Source: Lama glama (lineage: Eukaryota). Taken from it: DNA of 64,000 nt. The notes beneath the pieces were generated by a model that saw nothing but the letters and a program-made list of their open reading frames with translations, did not search any database and was not told where the DNA came from. Where the stretch lies: assembly GCA_028534125.1 (NCBI GenBank), contig CM052825.1, positions 25,916,001-25,980,000 of the forward strand, read 5' to 3'. This document shows, in pieces, positions 25,934 through 42,215 of this stretch; the first letter of the stretch is position 1; each line of letters opens with the position of its first letter. The position numbers and the translations under genes were made by a program.

Positions 25934-25939
25934 TTTATT
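25934..25939 (-). terminator. HAGHL polyadenylation signal AATAAA
   Basis: TTTATT on the + strand, ~190 nt downstream of the HAGHL stop. Confidence 0.7.
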
Positions 25940-26128
25940 CATAAGTTCAGGAGCCCAGTGCACCCCAGTAGGCTGCCTCCCAAACATCCAGGTCTTGGAA
26001 CTCACTGTAGCCCAGAGAGGGGTCTGGGTGTCCACCGCCAGGAAGTGCCAGAATGCCCACCCTCTGAGGCTGGGCAGGGTTGAGACAGGTTGAGAGAGGA
26101 GGGACGTGTGGCCTGGCCCGTGCAGGGC

Positions 26129-28412
26129 TCACTTCTGTTGGGGCGTGCTCAGAAGCCCCCACTGCAGTGCGAGGAGTGCCCGGGCCTGTGGCTGCAGCGG
26201 CTCAGCTGCCCTCTCAAAGCTCGCGCGCTCCCTGCAGAGCACTTCCAGGACCTCGGCTGGGGCCACCTTCCCTGTGAACTTGCGCACAGGCTCCTCTCTG
26301 CAGGGAGAGGGGCACCATGGGGGCTTCCAGAGAACTGCTAGGCAGAGGGCACTTAAAGAGCAGCCTCTCCCTGGTGCCAGACAGCCAAATAACCGATCCC
26401 CCAGAACCTCCCTCAGTGTCCCAGACTGCCAGGGAGGCCCAGAGGATAACAGTCCGGCCCTGTGCCAGCCTGTCCTGCAGCACGGCCCCTGGAGAGGGCA
26501 GAGGTCCTCCCGAGACACACAGGCATAGGCCTTGCCACGTGCTCCCCAGCTTGCCCCACAGGAAGGCCCGGGATGCTGGCCAGTACTCACGCCACCCTCA
26601 GGAAGGGGTTATATAGAAGTTCCTCGCCCAGGGTCGACGGCACCGTGGGCACGTCATCCTCATCCCTCTTCTGGAATGACCACAGGCCCTTGTCACAGCC
26701 TTATCTGGCAGTTCCAGGCAGCTTGACCCAGCTCACCCCCAGCCTCGGGGCTGGAGGCTAGACCCTGAGGGCAGGCACTCGTGGGCCAATCCTAGAGGCT
26801 GCCCAGTTCCCTACCCAAGGCCACCAACCCCTCCCTTCACCAGTGGGAGCTTTGGCTGGCAGCATGCCCATGGCTGACTCCCCCAGCAATGCCCTTCCTG
26901 GACCCACTCCTGCCCCACCCTCCAGCCTTGCGATCAAGAGGGGAGGAGTCCCCACACCTTGGCCCAGGACAGCTTGGCCCTCACGTGATCGTTGCAGGGC
27001 TCCACTTTTTGTGCAAACTCGAGATTGCCCAGCGTGTGCTCATGACCACAGAACACCTTCTGGAGAAAGGAGGCACTTGAGGTGCACAGCACCACCGCAG
27101 GCAGAGGTGAGCAGAGGCACTCACCCCTCTGGCCCCTCCACACACCCCTGTACCCCTCCCCCCACACCTGGCCCGCCCACTCCTTCAACTGGCCAGCACT
27201 CATTCCGAACCCCAGCACAAGGCAGGTGCAGAGTACGCGGGTTATGTGAGAGGCTGGGCCCCGTGAGGGTAAGGGACAGGCTGCTCACTGTCTCAGGGGG
27301 CAGGGTGCCCAGGGTCTCCACCAAGCTCTGGTACATCTGCTGAGCTGTGCTTTCCAGGCGTGAGCCACAGCCGGCCACGGACAGTGCATCCCCTGGAGAG
27401 TTGGCCAGGTCAGAGAAGGTGGAAGGGGACAAGGTGGGGCAGGTGGGCGCAGGGCAGTGCGAACCTGAGAAAACAGCAGGTGGGTCCAGACACTCGTCTT
27501 CCCAAAGGAAGTAGCTCATGTGGCCGGAGGTGTGGCCTGGGGTTAGGAGGCAGCGCACATGGATGGCTCCAAACTACAGCAGAGAGGCAGGCAGGCCTGT
27601 GAGGCAGTTGAGCCCAGGGTGTTCTCCCCGCGCCTCCCAGGTGCCCACTTACCTGCAGCTCCTCGCCATGCACCAGCCTGCGGGTCAGTGCGCAGATGCG
27701 CTCGTCCGCGCCCAGCACCACCAGCCCAGGCTGCAGTCTCACCAGCTCCGCGTTGCCACGAGCGTGGTCCCTGCAGATGCGTAGAAGTATAATCACGTGT
27801 GGTTGGGGTAGGATTGGGGTGACACCCTCGTGCCTCAGCCCGCCCAGACGGTGCTCACCAGTGGTGGTGGGTGGTCAGCACGGTGGTCAGTGATACCCCC
27901 TCCCGGCCTACGATCTCCAGCAGCTGAAAGGGACAGGAGTTAAGGAGATACGGATGGTCCAGGTGGCTGCCTGTGTTTGGGAGCCAGGATTGGCTGCACA
28001 GTGCCCCAAGCAGGCCAGGATGGGGTTGTGGGTAGGGGCGATTCAGCAGTTAATTACTGAGCACCTGGTGTATATGGCACAGGCACCAAACGAAGGGAAA
28101 AGAGGAGGCCAGAGAAGGCTCTAACCTCATAGGAGACCCAGGATAATCAGAAAAGTCCTAAACACCAAATAACCTGAGATCAAAGAATAGGGGAAGAGTG
28201 CTCCCAGCAGTGTGGTCGGGGGAGCCTCTTCAAGCACAGACTGGCGGTTACGACCTACGATTCCTAGGCTCAGAGTGGTGCTACTGCCGCCCAAAGCCTG
28301 CCCTCACCCTTTTGGGCACGGACACGTCCACGGCCACAGCCTCCCGCGTGTGCTCCTCGATGACCAGATACATGTAGTTGTCCTCAAGCACAGGGATGAC
28401 TTTGACCTTCAT
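26129..28412 (-). CDS. HAGHL: Hydroxyacylglutathione hydrolase-like protein, 283 aa
   Basis: 8 coding exons: 28412-28308, 27923-27859, 27770-27653, 27573-27465, 27392-27289, 27059-26958, 26670-26591, 26297-26129 (852 nt). Starts [15 protein letters not shown]; metallo-beta-lactamase motifs THHHWDH, TPGHT, GD, GHE. Confidence 0.96.
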
Positions 28413-28599
28413 GGTCGCAGAGCTCAGCCACCTCGCGCCTCCTGAGCCTCTTCCTCAGAATGGGGCTACGCTCTCCAGACCCTAGGGAGGGCTGTGCCCG
28501 GGAAGAGTCAGCTCCACATACACGCTGGGGGCTAAAAAAAAAAATAGCCCTGTTCCCTACTCTCGGACTTCCGGGAGGAGTGGTGTGGAATTCCATGCT

Positions 28600-29720
28600 C
28601 CAGCCTTAAATTGACCTGCCGCTCCCAATCCCTCCTCAAAGTCCCGCCCACATCAGGGCCCGCCCCCCGCCGAGCCACGCCCTCTCCCCGCGCTTGTCCC
28701 CAGCCAGGCCGCTGCCCCAGTAGGACCCGCCTGCTTCCCAGGCCCCGCCCCCTCCCAAGGCGTCCTCCCGCCGCAGCGCGACCCTGGACCAGCTCCTCTC
28801 TCGCTCCGCCCCCAATACCCCGATCCCTTCAGGCCCCATCTCTCCCAGGGCCCCTCCCGAGGCAGTGCGACCCCGGTCCCTGCCCGCGTCCTTCCCTGGC
28901 CGCCCACTCACCCCCACCGGCTACGCCAGCCTGTCGCGCGGACTGTCTGAAGGACAGCCTGACATAGGCGGGCCTTGGACGCCGGTCACGGGACCTGGAC
29001 GGAGTGCGCCGCTCTGCGCGGCCGCCCCCAACGGCCTGCTCCCCCGAGGCGCCCTCCTGCGGGGCCGGCCTGGAGCCCGCGCGCGTCGGGACCCCGAGCG
29101 CGGTTCAGGGAATGCGCGTGCGCGAGAGGGAGTGCACGCGTGCTCAAAGGGACTGCGCGCACGTCCGGCGCTACGGCGCCTCCTCCGCGAAGCCCTTCTG
29201 GCAACCGACTGAACCCGTTCTATCGAATCACCGGGCCCCACGTTGGGACGTCTGCGCCTATTTCCGTCAGGCTAGGGGTGCAGGGATATGTCCACTTTGC
29301 TCGCCTGCCTGTCCCAGCGCTCAGCCAGCACCGGAAGGGGCCTAGTTAGTGTATGAACGTACATCGTAGGGCAAGGCGCCCTGCTTGAGAACATAAACAG
29401 CAGCGACAGCTCCATTCCAATGTGCGCTGTTCCACAACTCCCCATGCTGAGCGCTGCTATGCGCTCTGCGCTCTTGGCTCTGTGTGCTCCCCGGATGAAG
29501 ACGGGTGCTGGTCTGCGTTTCCTCGTTGAGGAAAAGGAAGCCAGAAAGAAAGGGTGGCCAAATATGGAAAAAGCTGACAGTTTGCACCCACCTCTTCAAC
29601 CACTGAATTGTCCTGCCTGCCCTGGCGGGCGGGGCCCCGGTAGTCTCCTGGGAACAACAAAAGCCTTGGCAACACAAGCCACCGTGTTGCAGCAACACAC
29701 CAGTAGGCGAAGTGGCAGTA
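28600..29720. promoter_or_regulatory. Bidirectional CpG-island promoter of HAGHL and CCDC78
   Basis: CpG-rich region between head-to-head start codons (28412 and 29752); GC boxes; RFX-like sites at 29643-29696. Confidence 0.75.
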
Positions 29721-29751
29721 GGCTTGGGGCTGGTGGTTGTCCCTTTTGCCT

Positions 29752-33468
<3,717 letters not shown>

Positions 33469-33579
33469 ACTGTTCATCAGATAAACTTCGAGAACTCTCC
33501 ATGGCCAGCATGAAGCCGTCCCCACGGCCCCGCCCTGGGAGATCACTCCACCCAAAAAGAATCAGAGTGGAACCAAATC

Positions 33580-33585
33580 TTTATT
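33580..33585 (-). terminator. ANTKMT polyadenylation signal AATAAA
   Basis: TTTATT on the + strand, 8 nt beyond the ANTKMT stop codon. Confidence 0.75.
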
Positions 33586-33593
33586 GTGTCCAG

Positions 33594-34912
33594 TCAGCCA
33601 GACTGAGAGTTGGGGGACCCAGGTACTGAAGCAGAAGTGGGTGCTGGTGCAACTTGCCCAGCTAGCCCACCCCTATGGACATCATAGGCCCAGACACGGT
33701 CCAGGCCTTCACCCACCACAGCCACCGGCTGCCAGGTGGGGAGGGGGAAGCGCCCTGACACCACACGGGCTCCTGCAGGCAGCTCCGCCTGCAGCTTGTC
33801 CTCCAGCAGTGGGAGCTGTGGGAGAGAGCAGGAGGGTGGGGTGGGCCAGGTGGAACACAGCTGCCCCTAGCCGGCACCTACACTGGGGATGGCCTAAGTC
33901 TCCATGGGGCTGGCACACCCCAGACCTACCACGCTAGGAGCCAGGAACACAGACACGTTGTGGCAGTCTCTCAGGCTCACCTGTAGGAAGAGGAGGTCAC
34001 CCCAGCAGAGAATAGGGCCCCACCAGAGGAAGAGAACTGGTGGGTATGGGGTCACTGCAACTTCCAAGTCCCAGCTCCAGCCTGCTCAGGCAGAAGCACC
34101 TGGGGCTGTCAGCAGGGCAGCCAAGCCAGAACTGAAAGAATGGAGATCAGGGCTGGGGTCTGAGGGGATCTAGGACTCCCCGGGTTACCTTCCAGAGATT
34201 TTCACGGCGGTAGCAGACACTGCCTGCACAGCCTGCCCTCCAGGCATGCAGCCATGCCAGCCCCACCAGCCACGGGTTCAGCTCGTAGCCCACAGCTGGG
34301 CGGAGACCACACTTGTGGGCAGCCAGCACCTGAGGGCACAGATAGCGTCAGGCCAAGAGATGGGGAGGTATACCCATGGGAGGGGGCAGCAAGGACCTCC
34401 CCCTAACACACAAAGTCCTTACAATTCTGCCATCACCAGAACCCAGGTCTACCATCTTTCCAGGACGGCCTCGCAGCAGCGACAACACGTGCTCCACCTG
34501 CCGGGCACTCGCACCGACATAGGGCACCTGGGCAAGGAGGCGAGCAAGACTGTGAGGGAGAAGTGAGGCGCCGCCTCCTAGGCTTCCTTTCTTAGAGCGC
34601 GCTGTCCGGCCCAACCCACAACCCGGCTGGCCCTTGGGCAGCAGCACCCTCCCCTCACACCCAGGCTCAGTATCTCAATCCAGACCACCCCCACCCCGGT
34701 CCGTCACGCCCCTATGTCCCCAACACACCGGCCCGAGCTCAGCACCACACCTGCAGCCGTAGCGGCACGCGGCGGAAGCCCGGCTGCAGCAGCAGCGCCC
34801 ACACGGCGTAGGCGGCCAGGCCTGAGCCCGCCGCCACCTGCAGCAGCGCCAACGCGCCCAGCGGCCGCTCGCGTAGCTCCGTCAGCTCTTCAGCCGGGTC
34901 ATCCTGCTCCAT
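33594..34912 (-). CDS. ANTKMT: Adenine nucleotide translocase lysine methyltransferase (FAM173A), 226 aa
   Basis: 5 exons: 34912-34751, 34527-34423, 34329-34189, 33980-33930, 33815-33594 (681 nt). Starts MEQDDPAE; TM segment; SAM motif [10 protein letters not shown]; GYELNPWL. Confidence 0.95.
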
Positions 34913-35004
34913 GCCTGCGGCAGCGGCTCGGGGTCGTCACGCCCCAAGGCCCCTCCCCACCTCAGGTCCGAGACCCTCACACCCCGGCCGGGAGCTGGAG
35001 GGGT

Positions 35005-35120
35005 AAGCCCTTTTTATAGCCGGAAGCCTTTCCTCTCCCGCCCTACGCCTACTGGGCCCCCGGCGCCGACGCCGGAAGAGGCGGGGCAGAGGCCGTGGCG
35101 AGACGCCGGAAGCGGCTGGT
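35005..35120 (-). promoter_or_regulatory. ANTKMT core promoter (TATA box + ETS sites) in a CpG island
   Basis: TATAAAAA on the minus strand at 35011-35018; three CCGGAAG sites at ~35020, ~35072 and ~35106. Confidence 0.6.
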
Positions 35121-38100
35121 AGAGGCTGCGCTGCCGGTCCGTTCACCTTACTCTCCGCGCGAGTCCAGGGACCCTCCAGCGGGTTCCCGGCCTTGGAGCC
35201 TTGGGGTCCAGGGCGACCCTTGCGGGTTCTGGCCGTACTGCTTCCTGGCCGAAGCCCTCGGCAGTCAGCCGCGTTGGCCCACTCCTCAGACGGCTGCTAT
35301 GGGCCTGTCCCGGGCGCTGCGGACCCCTGAGGCCGCACATCCCAGCGCGGGGATACGATCAAGAGAAGCGGTGCTGTGGCTCCTGCTGACTGGCCGTGAA
35401 GGGGCCAGTGCAGTGTGGCTGGAGCCCTGGGGCAGCGGTCAGCCAGTGGGGAACGGCTCACCGGCTTAGAGGGGCGTCTCCGCCGACCTGCACATCCAGA
35501 TAACCCGCCAAGCACAGGAGCAGTCGCGGGGAGGACATAGGGGCCCCTCCCACAGCTGAAGGCAACTAGCCCGAGTGCGCAGGAAACAGGATGCGCTGGG
35601 GTCCGCGGGGGCGGTGGAAGTTGGAGCTCGGCTGAGGGGCAGGGCCGAGGGGGCTTACAAGGAGAAATTTAGCACAACCGAACGGACAGATGTTGGCTCT
35701 CTCCGAGCATAGTGGGAGGGGAGCCGGATGTGAGGGGCGGGGCCCTCTGGTAGCTGACCCAGCCCGGCGGCTGGGAGGAAGAGACCACCTTCCTTCTCCA
35801 GAAAAGGTCACTCACAGAAAAGACTTGAGTTCCTGGAGGTGACCTGGCAGAGCCTGGGAAAGGGAGAGGCAAGTGCGGGGACAGAGCCAGGACCTCCTCC
35901 TCAGCAGACTCTGAAGACAAACATCCAAGAGTGACAGAGGCTTGTCTGCACACAGGCCCTGGCCGGACTTCTCCGCCATTCCCCACACTGGTCAGGAGCC
36001 CCAAGGTTGACAGAGGTGCTTCAGACAATGTGGGCACGCCAGAACCCACTGCCCCCACGCTTCAAGTACAGGCCGCCTCACTCGCCTACCTGCCCTTGGC
36101 CCCAGCTACCACCAGCCCTGAAGGACAGGTGCCCCTGTTGCAGGAAACCCAGGTGCCCTGCTCCCAAGATCCGAGCACTGGAGAGGAGGGCGGCTGACCC
36201 ACCGCACAGAGATCAGAACATCCTGTCTCCTTCCTGGCTATCACTGGGCCCTCCCTAGAAAGGAAGGACATGCACTGGGCTCTAGGCTGGTGGAGTGCTT
36301 ACACAGCCATCTCACCCTTGTCTCTTTTCTTCCTTGCATTATTCCTGGTGTCTATACAAACCCCTGGCATCTGGCAGACAGTCAATAAAGGCTGGTTGAC
36401 TAGATGAAGACACCTAGCCAGACTTCCCAGTGTGTATACCCACAAGTACCTCACCAGCATGTCTGCTCCTCGCCTTTGGACACTGGGCACTCGGGTGCAC
36501 CTGTGTGAGTGCACACACCAAGAGAAGCCATGCAGGTGCCCCACAGGCACCTGTTCCCATAGTCTCGGCCTGCATGCCCACGTTTTCACCTTGGCCACTC
36601 CCCAGCGCTGGCATGAAGCCCTCACCCAAGCCTTCCAGGTTCCTCCTAGGAACACCCTTGTGCTCCCTTGGCCTTGCTGGCAGCACCCACTTCGGCTTCC
36701 TGCTCCTTACGAGAAAAGCCAGTACTTTTCTCTGGAGGAAGGTGTGTGAGTAGGAGGCACTTCCTGGGGCAGGTGGGTAGAGGCCAGTGTCCAGCCTAGG
36801 GCCCACTCGAGAGCAGCTACTCCACGTTTTTGTGGACAGATGGTCCCACAGGCAAGCCACGGCGACCACCAAGTGTGGCCATAGGCCTCTGTCCAAACCA
36901 GAGGCTGTGGGAAGCTGGCCAGACAATCAGGGCAGGAGTCAAGGGTGAGGTGCAAAAGCCTCCTAAGACAGAGAGGAGGAGGGGGATGGGAGAGTACACC
37001 CACCTCCTCCCCCTCTGGCCTTTACTGAGATACTCCCTGGTGGGGGGAGAGGGAAGAACAGGGATACAAAGGTCTGCTGTCCAGGAGAGAGGTCCAGGCT
37101 GGAGATCCACATGTGGGGTCATCAGCATATTGATGGTATTTACAGCCAGGAGGCTGGTACAGCTCTCCAAGGAGGGAATGTAGGAATGTCAACAGAAAGG
37201 TCTAGTGCTTGAGCCCTGAGCAAGCCATGGATGGGAGTTTGGGGAGGTGAGAGGGCACAGCAAGAAGCCTCAGGAGTGGTGGGAGGTGGGAGGAAACCAG
37301 GGAAGCCTGCTGTCCAGTGTGACTATGCTCCCACCCACAATTCTCACCAGTCCTCACAGCAAGCAGCTAGTCCAAGTGAAAGGCCATGCCCCACGAATGC
37401 CGCTTCAGATAGCCAGCCCCACGGAAACTCCAGGCAGCCACTGGAGTAACACTGAGTGTCCTCACAGGGTGTGGCAACACGAAGTACCTACATCAGCCAA
37501 ATCTGGCAGAAGCAGCCCTGCCTGGGGGCTGTGCACAGCCATGTTCCTCTCCCACCCTCAGTTCCTGCCTGAAAGATGACAGACGCTTCCCCAGTGAAGG
37601 CCACCAGGTAGAGATGGAAAGTGGTTTCTGGGGCACTTCACAGGTGCCCCCCAAGACTTGAGCTGTGGCCCTCCTTCCCAGGAGCTGTGGGACTGGGACA
37701 GCAGAGTCCACTCATTTCGGGTTCAGTAGTCCCACATGCGCCCCCATCCTGGGGCCTTTCAGCCTTAGAGCTGTTGGCTTTGTCCAGAACAGGCTGGCCC
37801 TTTATGTGGCTGAGGCTGAGGAGAAAGGCAGAGGTAGCAACAATGGGACCAGTGGCGGGAAACGGTCCTTAGAGACCCCATTGTGGGCCCCGCCCGCCGG
37901 AAATGGGCAACAAACAGGACCCCGCAGGGGAGACCCTACCGCCGTTGGGATGCTCCGCACGTATCAAGGGCCTCAGGACAGAGGGGTCCATTCTTCCTGG
38001 AGGGCAGGATGGGGCCAGGATGACTGCCAGGCTTGCAGCGGACCATGCAGGGAAGTCGGCTGCCCGTCAGTTTGCAACCCCTTCCCTTGCAGGTTGAGAG

Positions 38101-38559
38101 TGGTGTCGCCTGCCTGCCCCTACAAGGGACCCCAGCCACCTCAGACCTGGGGAATTATGGCCACTTCTCCACTCCTGCTCTGAGCCGCGGAAGCACTGGC
38201 ACTGGGGGCAGGAGCAGCAGAGCCGAGGTTCACGTGAGTCACACCTCCCACCCAGCAGAAGCCCCTTGCCAGGTTGGGGAATAGGTGGCCTCAGACACAG
38301 CACCACTGCCCTCAAGCCTCAGTCTCTGGCTCTGTGGAGCAGGAATCGCGCAGTCCCCAGGGCTATGGGAGGATAAAATGCAGTGAGGCAGGCCCGGGGC
38401 TGGGCTCAGGCACCAGCACTCGATATCCATTGGTGAATGTAGTCAGTGTTCTTATTGGTTATTGCTGTTACAGCAGAAGCAGTGGGTACCGTGATGCCAT
38501 CTGGAGGCATCCCTCCACCCTCCTCCCAGCCCCTTCCCAGCGTCCTGCTCCCAGGCCCC

Positions 38560-40737
38560 TCAGTCCAGCACCACCTCACAGGGGTGGAGGTGGTTGGTGT
38601 GGGCAGCTGCATAGACACGGCTGAATTCCCGGAAGCGGGGGGCGCAGCCCAGCCAGGCCTCACCAAAGTGGCTCCAGCCCATGAAGAGGAAGGTGCCAGG
38701 GCCAGGGCGGACACCACAGCGCAGTGGGGTGCGAATGGAGGCCTGCACCTGGGCCCCAGGGCCCCCTACCCGGAATAGCGGCAGCGTCTGGCGGAGGACA
38801 CGGACAGCCACCACGGTGATAATGGACTCCCGCAGCTCTGTGTCGTGGGTGACCCCATGGATGGTTCCGAGGATCACTGTGGGGACACATGTTGGCCAGT
38901 GGCATGCAGGGGAAGGCAGGCCCCAGGCTCTCCCCACAGCAGGGGCACTCACCAAAGTCACTGGTGCATGCAGCCAGAAGGAACTCAGCATCACTGCAGG
39001 GTCTGCAGGCACCTGGCATGCAGGGGAGGTCTTGAGTGGAGGCCCTGCCTTCTCCTGGACCATCCAAGGCCTCCCCCAGCTGGACACAGGAGGGAGAGGG
39101 CAAGCTACCAGACCCCTGTCAGGGCCTGATGGCAACTGGAGATCCCAGAGAGCATGTGTGCACACCCTGAAGACACCTAGTACCCAAGGTGACACCACAG
39201 GCCTGTGCCTGCCTGAAACATGCACACACAGACATGGGCCTGGGTGCTGTGCCCAGCATGCCAGCACAAAGCCCCCTGACCTGGAGCTCAAGTGTCTGGG
39301 TGCAAGCATCTCACATGTAGGCACCAGCAGGCGATAACCCCTTAGTCTCCCAGGGCTGCCTCCTGGGGCCCAAGGACACCAGCCCAGCCCAGTGGCAGGA
39401 GATTATGGTGGGCTCTGAGGTCAGGGGGCAGAACAGAGAGACCCCCATCCCCTGTGAGGTCAGGCTCCAAGCTCCAGGAGAGCAAAGAGCTGGACCTGGT
39501 GCCCTGCCAGGAGGCGGGGCTTCATCTCCATGGTGACTGGGCTCACACTGGACTTCTGTTGTTTTGGGCTGGGGGAGGGGAGGGAGGTCACCGCTGGGCC
39601 AGGGAGCCCGGGACATCTTTGGCCGGAGGCTTTGATTCTGTCCCCCATCATCCCCTCCCCCGAACTCCTCAGGGACCAGTGGCCTGGGTAGCCCTGCCTG
39701 GCTTCCCCTTCCAGGATTCTGCCCCCTACCAGCTCTCTCCCTAAGCAGCAGGCTGAGGGATCACCCCTTCCTCATTTCCTCCCTCTCACCTGCCCTGGCA
39801 CTGCTTCTCACTAGCTGAGTGCCTTTGATAGGCTGCTTCACTCTGGGGTCTCAGTTTCTCCCTCTGTGCAATGGGGAAGAAGGACACGTTCTCACTCCAC
39901 CCGGCCATGGTGCGACTCCATGACTCCTACCGGTCTCCAACTCGGACTGGCACTCACCATCTGCACCAAGGCCCTGAGCCTGCGGAGGCAGTTCTGGACG
40001 CCCGTCCTCCCGCAGTTCGAAGCGGAAGGAAGCCACGCGGCGGCTGATATCGGGATGTGGAGTGGCCTGGAGGAAGAGGGCCCGGTGCTCGCGAGGACCC
40101 CAGCGCACGCATCGGCCCCTGGCAGGGCCTCGGCCCTCGGCCAGGAGCAGCTCCAGAGTGCCTCCCGCCCTCTCCGCGAAGACTTGGGCTCCTGCGAAGG
40201 GCCGCGCCGGCCGCAGACAGGCGATGCTCGGCCGCCCGCCGGGGTCGGAGCCGCCTAGGGTGAGGCGCAGCGCCCCGGCGGGGTACAGCCACTCGACCCC
40301 GCCCTCCGCACAGGCCAGGGCCAGCTGTCCCACGCTGCCGGGCTCCTGGGTCAGGCCGCTGCGGACAGGACGGGCGGTGATGAGGAGGGCGGTTGACGTC
40401 CCCACCCAGCCAGCCTGCTCCCCATGCACCCTCTCACTGCAGCTACCAACAGCTGCGTCCACTTTATGGAAGAAGAAACTGAGGCCCAGCGTTCCGGGAC
40501 TCAGAGGGAGAGAGCAAGGATTCGGTGCGGTGCCGGGTCGGAGTGTTCTATCCAAAACAGCGGATGACACGGCTCCTTCCTAATGGGTGCGCACCGCCCC
40601 AGAGGGTTAGTCCGCGAGGGCTTCCAGTGAGGCTCGTACCTGCCCCTCCAGCTGCAGCGGTCCTCCGAGTAGCCGGCGCGGGCGGCGACGGCCAAGAGGC
40701 CGCAGCAAAGCGCGTAGAGCAGCGCAGGGGGCGGCAT
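38560..40737 (-). CDS. METRN: Meteorin, glial cell differentiation regulator, 291 aa
   Basis: 4 exons: 40737-40640, 40358-39958, 39012-38953, 38876-38560 (876 nt). Signal peptide, GYSEDRCSWRGSGLT, CAEGGVEWLYPAGALR, CRPCSDAEFLLAACTSDFV, ends HPCEVVLD. Confidence 0.97.
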
Positions 40738-41000
40738 GGCGCGCGGGGACGCGCGGGGGCGCGGTGGGGAGCAGCTGGGGCGCGGGCCCCGGCCCCGCAC
40801 AGGCCCCACCGCCTGCGCCGGCCGGCCGCGCACCCCGCGAGGCGCCTGGGAGCTTCCAGGGAGCGGGGGGGCGGGCCAGGCGGCCAATCGCGCAGCGGCC
40901 CCCGAACTTTCCGCCAATCACAGCGGCGCTCTCAGGAGCGGGAGGACCAGCCTGCAGTCCAGGAAGCACCGGGGAGGGGGCTCCGCGGCTGGACACGCTC
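40738..41000 (-). promoter_or_regulatory. METRN CpG-island promoter with tandem CCAAT boxes
   Basis: CCAAT at 40884 and 40914 (30-bp spacing); GC boxes. Confidence 0.65.
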
Positions 41001-41914
41001 CGTGTCGCCTCCTCGAAGTCCCCTCACCTCCAGCCTCGCCTTGTATGCCATCTTGGGTCCTGGTTGGGCCACCGTCCTTCAAGCCCTTGGCCGGGGTGGG
41101 GGTGGTGCCCACGGAACCTCTAGAGGAGGGGGATTCATCTCCGGTGTCTTTTCCCAAGAGTAGGACATGGGCTTCCATCCCCCATCTGGCCCCAATCTAA
41201 TCCTGGTGACTCGCCACACGCGGCGGGCAGGGGGTGGGGGTGACTGAAACCAGGGATGAGGGGCCAGGGCGCTGGGGCTGCAGGCACTGTGGAAAAGCAG
41301 GAGCAAGGACAGCCCTGAGCCCCAGAATTAGGCCCCCAATAGATCGAGACAAGCTGAAATGGGGCCTACTCTCATAAAGGATTCCCCCTACACCTAGGGT
41401 CATTGTGGAGGCCAGGGAGGTGGGGAGTGGCTGGCCAGGTGGAGAGTGGAGGGAATTCCAGGCAGAGGGGAGGAGCAGATAGACAGCCTTGGCAAAGCTG
41501 TGAACCCAGTAGATGGGCTCCCAACAGCCTGTGACACCCTGGGGTCAGATTATAGAGGCCTTAGGCACAAACCCAAGACTCCAACCGGGCACTGGAACCC
41601 TTGGGAGTCAGTGAGAGCTTTGGCTGGCATCTGCGGGGACCAGCATAAGACTCTCTGCTGTCTGTGGGTGTGAAGTCTTTATCCCACTGTCTCCCCAACC
41701 CCAGCCTTCCTGCTACCAAGGACCAGAAATGCATACAGACAGATAAGGGCAAATGGCACTAAGGGTAAGTAAGGCATTGGAGGCACTGCCAAACTGAGTG
41801 TACCACATCCCCCTCCCCTGGCCCCAGGGCCCTTCCAGGTCAAAGAGGGGCAAGGTACCTGCAGGGCTCAGCTGGCTCCTGGCCCTGGGCAACATGGGGT
41901 GAGAACCCTCAAAG

Positions 41915-42215
41915 GAGGACACAACCCAAGTGTCCATTGATGGATGATGCTAAACAAAATGGGGTCCATCCACACAGTGGAATATAATTCAGCCTTAAAA
42001 GGGAAATTCTGACACATTACCATATGGAAGAACCTAGAAGACATTGGTTTCAGTGAAATAAGCCAGTCACAAAAGGACCTAAAATAGCCAAATTCATAGG
42101 GAAAAAGTAGAATGGAGGGTGCCAGGGGCAGGGGAATGTGAATGGAGTCAACGCTCCTGTGTACTTAAAAATGGTTAAGATAAGTCTTATGTATATATTC
42201 CCCAATTAAAAATAA
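41915..42215 (+). mobile_element. LINE-1 3' fragment (L1MB-like)
   Basis: 'caacccaagtgtccattgatggatga', 'gtgaaataagccagtcacaaaagga', 'cttaaaaatggttaa' and an A-rich tail. Confidence 0.8.

Noticed and set aside
26129-28412. HAGH (glyoxalase II)
   Set aside because: DHARG instead of DHAGG, lost glutathione-binding residues, a C-terminal extension and synteny all indicate HAGHL.
35100-38500. Additional gene between ANTKMT and METRN
   Set aside because: Some CpG-rich patches and short ORFs, but no phase-consistent exon chain or recognisable protein.
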